NCBI GenBank assembly: GCA_043820325.1
Contig: JBDREB010000262.1
Coordinates: forward strand, 1-33,091
From: Planctomycetota bacterium
Lineage (GTDB): Bacteria; Planctomycetota; JBDREB01
Direction: 5' to 3'
DNA length: 33,091 bases
A program made the position numbers and the translations under genes. Below, piece after piece: positions 28,101 through 33,091 of this stretch. The notes beneath the pieces were generated by a model that saw only the letters and a list, made by a program, of their open reading frames with translations, searched no databases and was not told the DNA's origin. Position 1 is the first letter of the stretch; each line of letters begins with the position of its first letter.

Positions 28101-28935
28101 ACTGCATATCGTCGACGCGGTGACCGGCGCCAAGATCAAGGAGGACAACCTGCCTGACAGCCCCGAGACCCCGCTCCTGCTCAAAGAGGATCCCCTCATC
28201 GGCAAGCGGTTCTACCTGTACCTCGGGACCTTTGCCCGTGACATCCTGTGCATCAACGGCGAGAATCTCCGGCCCCAGTGGCCGCAGGGGTACAAGACCG
28301 CCGAGGTGGCGTTGAATGTGGTCGGTGCCGGGGACGCCATCGTGGCCGCCACGCGCGATGATGCCGGGACCATCCATGTCGTTGATTTCCGCAGCGGGCT
28401 GGAGTTTCGCAAGGTCGCCCTGGGGAGCCGCATCATCCTGCCCGTGCAGGTCGAGAACGGCATCCTGTACGCCGCCCTGGCGAGCAACCAGATCGCGGCC
28501 ATGGATATCGCCAAGTGTGCCTTCTGGCTCTCACCGCGCCTGACCGTCAACCGCAATGACCGCATCGTCGATTTCACGGTCCGTGACAAGCGCGCGTTTG
28601 TTGTGGTCGGCGAGAACCAGACCCGGGTCATGATCGCCGACCTTGCCGCCGAGGGCGCCGCCCTTGGTGAAGTGCCCATGTTTGAACCGCTCTTTTCCGA
28701 CCGGATCGCCGCGTGTACCGCCGATGACCGGGGGCTGGTCTATTTCATCACCCGGCCCACCGGTGAACAGCCGGGCGGCATCTGGGCCTGGGATGACAAG
28801 GCCCGGCGTCTGCAGTGGCAGTTCTTCGAAAAAGACCTGGATCTTTATGCTCCCGTATTCACCCCGACGCAGGTCATCGCGGTCGGCCGGAACGGCCGTA
28901 TGCTGGTATTCAACCGCGAAGCGGCACAGAAATAA
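25165..28935 (+). CDS. DUF4388-like / TM / helical TPR-like / PEGA / PQQ-propeller protein (paralogue of the upstream gene)
   Basis: GGGAGA RBS before ATG 25165; TGTLYV..KYLYFEQGKL, MFQW, LDGNYTV; Pro-rich linker; TM IAIGAAILIAAGVILWFVF; VKAYPAGAAIRVNG..HPGF; propeller blades. Confidence 0.8.
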   Translation: MSGGTNQNLVSAFQNISQGQVTGTLYVFEGEKVKYLYFEQGKLIYLSFYVPTVEKIGISLVNSYKITGEQMQDIYARAAAAGLDPKDAMINDGVITTGELKEVMQTLVEDEFCEMFQWAESQTSIQEGPPDPQIFNKGFNTLKINFDVENMIKWIEKKIDEHFTIFQWIPALTNVYALIGPVYDKLDPAGFNALDRQVAEFLDGNYTVENICSQLRQSYYKVGKSIIKLLSQGAAELSIGQGPTTSISNQINTAQAAAGYAPSAQPTPTPPPAPAPAPVQDTPAPAAKAPTKAEDTEDKVGTEPDRDRTATSPPDTAAKNVLAYETTTIWTARNIAIGAAILIAAGVILWFVFRDTPDKIYDRLMAQRAQYFPADGPQRFDEWINALDAIVQNPSFSIDLKGKAQGAIAKTQVEIDTLADEDIAEARTLAEANKLNEAVKRLEATDQRSKKAARRQEIVDILAATMERLKVYTAEIAAVETVLESQYAAAQAIQDQAAMLAMCGTLSVADKKYLGFALWENKRDSYVRKFRVLRDSVDEKLTVAWLTELNDTRNLKKVEDGLHAIAKRNDIRAHMPESFGDRAAKAITTVRSQARGECDAIEAGLAKNKFSQTMEAIAAFNDHYPWYEDIGRLAEQATAVQSLVAANDELLRKATEACQREQLDAYREAIGLFEKIEARSRHFDQAAYKAGFLKDLLKALDGWQTAANRNQCLRALDAFMGEQQAKLNPEDRELVLRWRDKIEDYEKKSNDQFKNILDALARDNQIDQALTDLERLIKDFPESTGSERATRQREEIKSIMQAAQETAGKIAVCLDEHKYDAARDLKEAFVKNRQPWAQAMLPVIPLFVKAYPAGAAIRVNGREKDIVEGDEPIEVSHPGFTGYKGSAGVVKGRNYVLVVLNRTPAAEKAAGVAVTAQPIVADRGVVCPTATGVDLYDANGAKVWSREALEGAAGNEPAIRFPAVYQADLGRIFILGRKKLHIVDAVTGAKIKEDNLPDSPETPLLLKEDPLIGKRFYLYLGTFARDILCINGENLRPQWPQGYKTAEVALNVVGAGDAIVAATRDDAGTIHVVDFRSGLEFRKVALGSRIILPVQVENGILYAALASNQIAAMDIAKCAFWLSPRLTVNRNDRIVDFTVRDKRAFVVVGENQTRVMIADLAAEGAALGEVPMFEPLFSDRIAACTADDRGLVYFITRPTGEQPGGIWAWDDKARRLQWQFFEKDLDLYAPVFTPTQVIAVGRNGRMLVFNREAAQK

Positions 28936-29855
28936 AGGGCCTGATAATTCGCACGGTTCGTCCGGCCGGACCGTGCCTCTTTCTGGTCCTGGCCGCCGGC
29001 CTGGTCCTAGTCGCTGGCCTGTGCCTGGCCGGGTGTGCAACCGCGACGGCGCATGTGGAGCGTTACGCTGCTGGCCGCGCAGCGGTGCAGGCCGGAAACC
29101 GCTATTTCCAGCAGGGGGTCTATAACGAGGCCCTGGCCCGGTACGAAGCGGCGCTCGTAAACTACGATTACAGCTGCAACATCCACCTATGCCTGGCCCG
29201 GGCCGCCCTGGCACTGGGCCTTGCCGGGCGGGCCGAATACCACCTGCGCTATTCGCTCAAGTATTGCCCCGCCGATGCGGAGGGGTATGCACTGTATGCG
29301 GCGTTGATCGGCGCGCGCGACCCGGCCCTGGCGGACCGGATCCGGGCCGCGTCCGGACTGCCTGCGGCGGCACTGGCGGCTGTGCCGGCGGGGACCGGGG
29401 TGCCGACCACTGTGGATGAATGCCTGGCGTTGGCCATGAGCGCAGGCTGGGACGGCGTTCTGGTGGGGCTGGCGCCGCTCGACCGTGAGGTCCGGCTGCC
29501 CCTCATCACCGGGGCGGCCCGCCGCTGCCGTGACGGGCTCCGCCCGGACGAGGCGGTGCGGCTGTATGACGAAGCCCTGGCCTTGGGTGGGGATCCCGGC
29601 CTGGGATTGGCAGCGGGCAACACTCTTTTCGCCGCCGGCGACCACGCGGGTGCGGCCGCATACTTCCTGCGTTATACCCGCAGTGCGCCGGATGGCGCGG
29701 CCGGGTATTTCAACCTGGGGATCATCTACCTTGTCGACGGACTGGCCGAACGGAGCCGGGTGATGTTCGAGCGGGCCGGCCCCGGCTGGCAGGCGCGGGC
29801 CGAGGCGGTGCGCCGGATCGTCAGCGCCGGTCAGACACCCGTGCCGGTGGAATAA
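28932..29855 (+). CDS. TPR lipoprotein (start codon uncertain)
   Basis: Hydrophobic signal ending in LAGC lipobox; TPRs GNRYFQQGVYNEALARYEAAL and GYFNLGIIY. Start is either GTG 28815 (121-nt overlap) or ATA 28932. Confidence 0.65.
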   Translation: MKGLIIRTVRPAGPCLFLVLAAGLVLVAGLCLAGCATATAHVERYAAGRAAVQAGNRYFQQGVYNEALARYEAALVNYDYSCNIHLCLARAALALGLAGRAEYHLRYSLKYCPADAEGYALYAALIGARDPALADRIRAASGLPAAALAAVPAGTGVPTTVDECLALAMSAGWDGVLVGLAPLDREVRLPLITGAARRCRDGLRPDEAVRLYDEALALGGDPGLGLAAGNTLFAAGDHAGAAAYFLRYTRSAPDGAAGYFNLGIIYLVDGLAERSRVMFERAGPGWQARAEAVRRIVSAGQTPVPVE

Positions 29856-30122
29856 ACCGGATGCGCATCAAAGACACAACAGGGCCCAGCGCAGAAGGTA
29901 CAATGGGTTATAGGTGGCAGGTGATAGGGGAAGAGTAAGATTGGCCACCAAGCGCACAAGAAACACAAAGGGGGCTTTGAGTCAATGGTTTACGATTTAA
30001 ACCCTTTGCGAACCCGTCCGGTCAAGCCGGAGGGCAGGCTTTTGCGCCTTTGCGGTGAGTCATGTCCGGGACTTTGCGATTGTTGCGTCGGGGGTGTTGG
30101 GAAAGTTCGCACAGAAAACAAT

Positions 30123-30196
30123 TGGTTGCCCCGCAAGGATTCGAACCTCGACTAGCTGATCCAGAGTCAGCCGTCCTACCATTAGACAACGGGGCA
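30123..30196 (-). tRNA. tRNA-Gln(CTG)
   Basis: Minus strand: TGCCCCG/CGGGGCA acceptor stem, anticodon arm gctga-CTCTGGA-tcagc, GTTCGAATC, encoded CCA. Confidence 0.95.
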
Positions 30197-30217
30197 ATCT
30201 GATAGCGAGCGACGGAT

Positions 30218-30245
30218 ATTATATGGCCGGGCCGCGGATTGTCAA
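30218..30245 (-). promoter_or_regulatory. sigma70 promoter of tRNA-Gln
   Basis: Perfect hexamers TTGACA-N16-TATAAT on the minus strand. Confidence 0.75.
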
Positions 30246-30294
30246 CTATTTTTCGCGTCCTGAAGGGTGTCGGCGGGTTTCGGTTGAAAAACGC

Positions 30295-30322
30295 TTGCAA
30301 ATCCCGGCCGGGGCCGTATACT
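30295..30322 (+). promoter_or_regulatory. sigma70-like promoter of the FHA-LOG(-recA) unit
   Basis: TTGCAA-N16-TATACT, divergent from the tRNA-Gln promoter. Confidence 0.55.
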
Positions 30323-30349
30323 ATGCTCGAATTTTATAAGGGAATGCGG

Positions 30350-30925
30350 ATGATCCGCTTGACGATCAAATGCCGCGGCGCCGAAGAGGAGGCCGTCTTC
30401 TACGATGAGACGGTCATCACTGTCGGGCGCTCGTCTAAGAACAATCTCCAACTCCCCGACAACCGGGCGTCACGCAAGCATTTTCTCATCGAAAAGGCCC
30501 CCAAGGGTTACCGTTTGATCGACCTGGGGAGCAAGAACGGGACTTTGCTCAACGGCCAGAAGGCCGAGACGGCCGACCTGCAGCGGGGCGACCGCATCGT
30601 CACCGGCGAGGCCACCATCGTGGTGAGCGAGATCGCGCTTACCCCGGCGGCCCCGGCGGTCGCGGCCGCAGTTCCCGGCGCGCCGGCGGCCGGCGCACCC
30701 GCGGCCCCCGCCGTCGCCCGCCCGGCCCAGTCCAAGGTGATGGGCGCGGGCGGCATCACCATCCGGCGCGGCCCGCGCGAGATGCCCTACGGCCTTCTCG
30801 ACTATCTCCTGGTTCTCATCATCATCGGCCTGATCCTCTACTCCGGCGCGGTGATCTTCACGATCGCCAAGCAGAAGGGCGTCGTCGGCAAACTCCCCAG
30901 GATCGAAGTCAACATCACCCGTTGA
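30350..30925 (+). CDS. membrane-anchored FHA domain protein
   Basis: AAGGGA RBS; FHA motifs VGRS, ASRKH, GSKNGT; Ala/Pro linker; C-terminal TM helix. Confidence 0.85.
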   Translation: MIRLTIKCRGAEEEAVFYDETVITVGRSSKNNLQLPDNRASRKHFLIEKAPKGYRLIDLGSKNGTLLNGQKAETADLQRGDRIVTGEATIVVSEIALTPAAPAVAAAVPGAPAAGAPAAPAVARPAQSKVMGAGGITIRRGPREMPYGLLDYLLVLIIIGLILYSGAVIFTIAKQKGVVGKLPRIEVNITR

Positions 30926-30937
30926 GGAAATCCATCC

Positions 30938-31591
30938 ATGCATTACCTCTATCAGACCGACGCCTGGCGTGTTTTCCGTATCATGGCCGAGTTCGTCGAA
31001 GGGTTCGAGACCCTCGACCGGGTCGAGAAGGCCATCACCGTCTTCGGTTCGGCACGCACGCGGCCGGATGATCCCGCCTACCAGAAGGCGTACGACCTGT
31101 CTTTCAAACTCGTCAAGCGCGGCCATGCCGTGATCACCGGCGGCGGGCCGGGCATCATGGAGGCGGCCAACAAGGGGGCCAGCGAGGCCGGCGGCCGGTC
31201 GGTGGGTTTTAACATCGAACTGCCCATGGAGCAGGCACCCAATCCCTATATCAACATCGGGCTCACTTTCCGGTACTTCTTCTGCCGCAAAGTGATGTTC
31301 CTCAAGAACACCTATGCCGTCGTCGTGTTCCCGGGCGGGTTCGGCACCATGGACGAAATGTTCGAGGTGCTCACCCTGATCCAGACCGGCAAGGTGGCCC
31401 GCATCCCGGTCTTTCTGGTGGGCAAGGCGTTCTGGGGCGGGCTGATGGACTGGATCAAAGGCACCCTGCTCACCAACGCTCCCAAGGGCCTCATGATCTC
31501 GGCCGAGGACCTGGACCTTTTCGAGATCGAGGATGACATGGATGCGCTCGTACACAAACTGGGCCAGCGGGTCCCCCAGCAGTTGATTTGA
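30938..31591 (+). CDS. LOG family (TIGR00730) Rossmann-fold protein
   Basis: WRVFRIMAEFVEGF, VFGSAR, ITGGGPGIMEAANKGA, FRYFFCRK, PGGFGTMDE. Confidence 0.92.
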   Translation: MHYLYQTDAWRVFRIMAEFVEGFETLDRVEKAITVFGSARTRPDDPAYQKAYDLSFKLVKRGHAVITGGGPGIMEAANKGASEAGGRSVGFNIELPMEQAPNPYINIGLTFRYFFCRKVMFLKNTYAVVVFPGGFGTMDEMFEVLTLIQTGKVARIPVFLVGKAFWGGLMDWIKGTLLTNAPKGLMISAEDLDLFEIEDDMDALVHKLGQRVPQQLI

Positions 31592-31659
31592 GCCGGACCG
31601 CCGCGGCGCCGTTCACCGTATATCGTGGGTGTGTCGTAACACAATAAAGGGAGAAGCAC

Positions 31660-32724
<1,065 letters not shown>

Positions 32725-33062
32725 CACCCACCGCCGGGGAAACCGGGCTGATGCTGGTAAAGACCCGGAGCAGGATACACCGCCCCGAGCCGGTTGTACC
32801 GCCCAAGGCAAACTCCGGCGCAGAGTATGCCAAGGGGATTTGTTGGTTTGTAGTTGAACCTGTAGCGCTGTTCCCGGATTATGCTTCCCGACATTTGAAA
32901 TCCGGTGTTCGATATTCGACATTTTCCGCTTTTCTCCGGTGTAGGGCAGGCCCTTCAGATTTCCTGATCCCTATCCGTAACCGGGCATGTTTTTCGGAAA
33001 AAGGTTTGGCGCTTTTTCCGACCCACAGGTGATTGTGCGGGGAACATCCGGATGTCAACCGT

Positions 33063-33087
33063 GTAGGGGCGGGTTTGAAACCCGCCC
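33063..33087 (+). repeat. GTAG-type REP hairpin
   Basis: GTAG immediately followed by GGGCGGGTTT-G-AAACCCGCCC (perfect 10-bp inverted repeat). Confidence 0.65.
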
Positions 33088-33091
33088 TCCC

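Noticed and set aside
20498-30122. tRNA-bounded genomic island or prophage
   Set aside because: No integrase, no duplicated tRNA 3' end seen, and codon style resembles flanking genes
30022-30300. 92-aa minus-strand ORF
   Set aside because: It is a translation across the tRNA-Gln gene and its promoter
32751-33032. 93-aa ORF after recA
   Set aside because: No RBS or family motif, atypical codon usage, and it runs through repeat elements

Overview
GC-rich bacterial chromosomal segment. Almost all real genes lie on the + strand, many joined by 4-nt NTGA start/stop overlaps. The protein repertoire (DUF4388-like, PQQ-type propeller, TPR, PEGA, FHA, Hanks kinase, stand-alone secretin STN-like domain, HEAT) suggests a Planctomycetota/PVC-like organism; this is inference, not a marker-gene result. 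Housekeeping genes are ftsB-like, miaB, mutS, a LOG-family gene, recA, tRNA-Ser(GCT) and tRNA-Gln(CTG). They are interleaved with uncharacterised envelope and signalling genes. The most notable candidates are: (1) a membrane Ser/Thr kinase and an FHA-fused processive GT2 synthase plus a GT4 in one coupled operon; (2) a receiver protein followed by two giant paralogous DUF4388-TM-TPR-PEGA-propeller proteins and a TPR lipoprotein, flanked by the two tRNAs; (3) seven sigma70-like promoters that all have a 16-bp spacer. Intergenic DNA carries GTAG-type REP elements and heptamer repeats. All domain calls come from reading motifs by eye; no database search was run.
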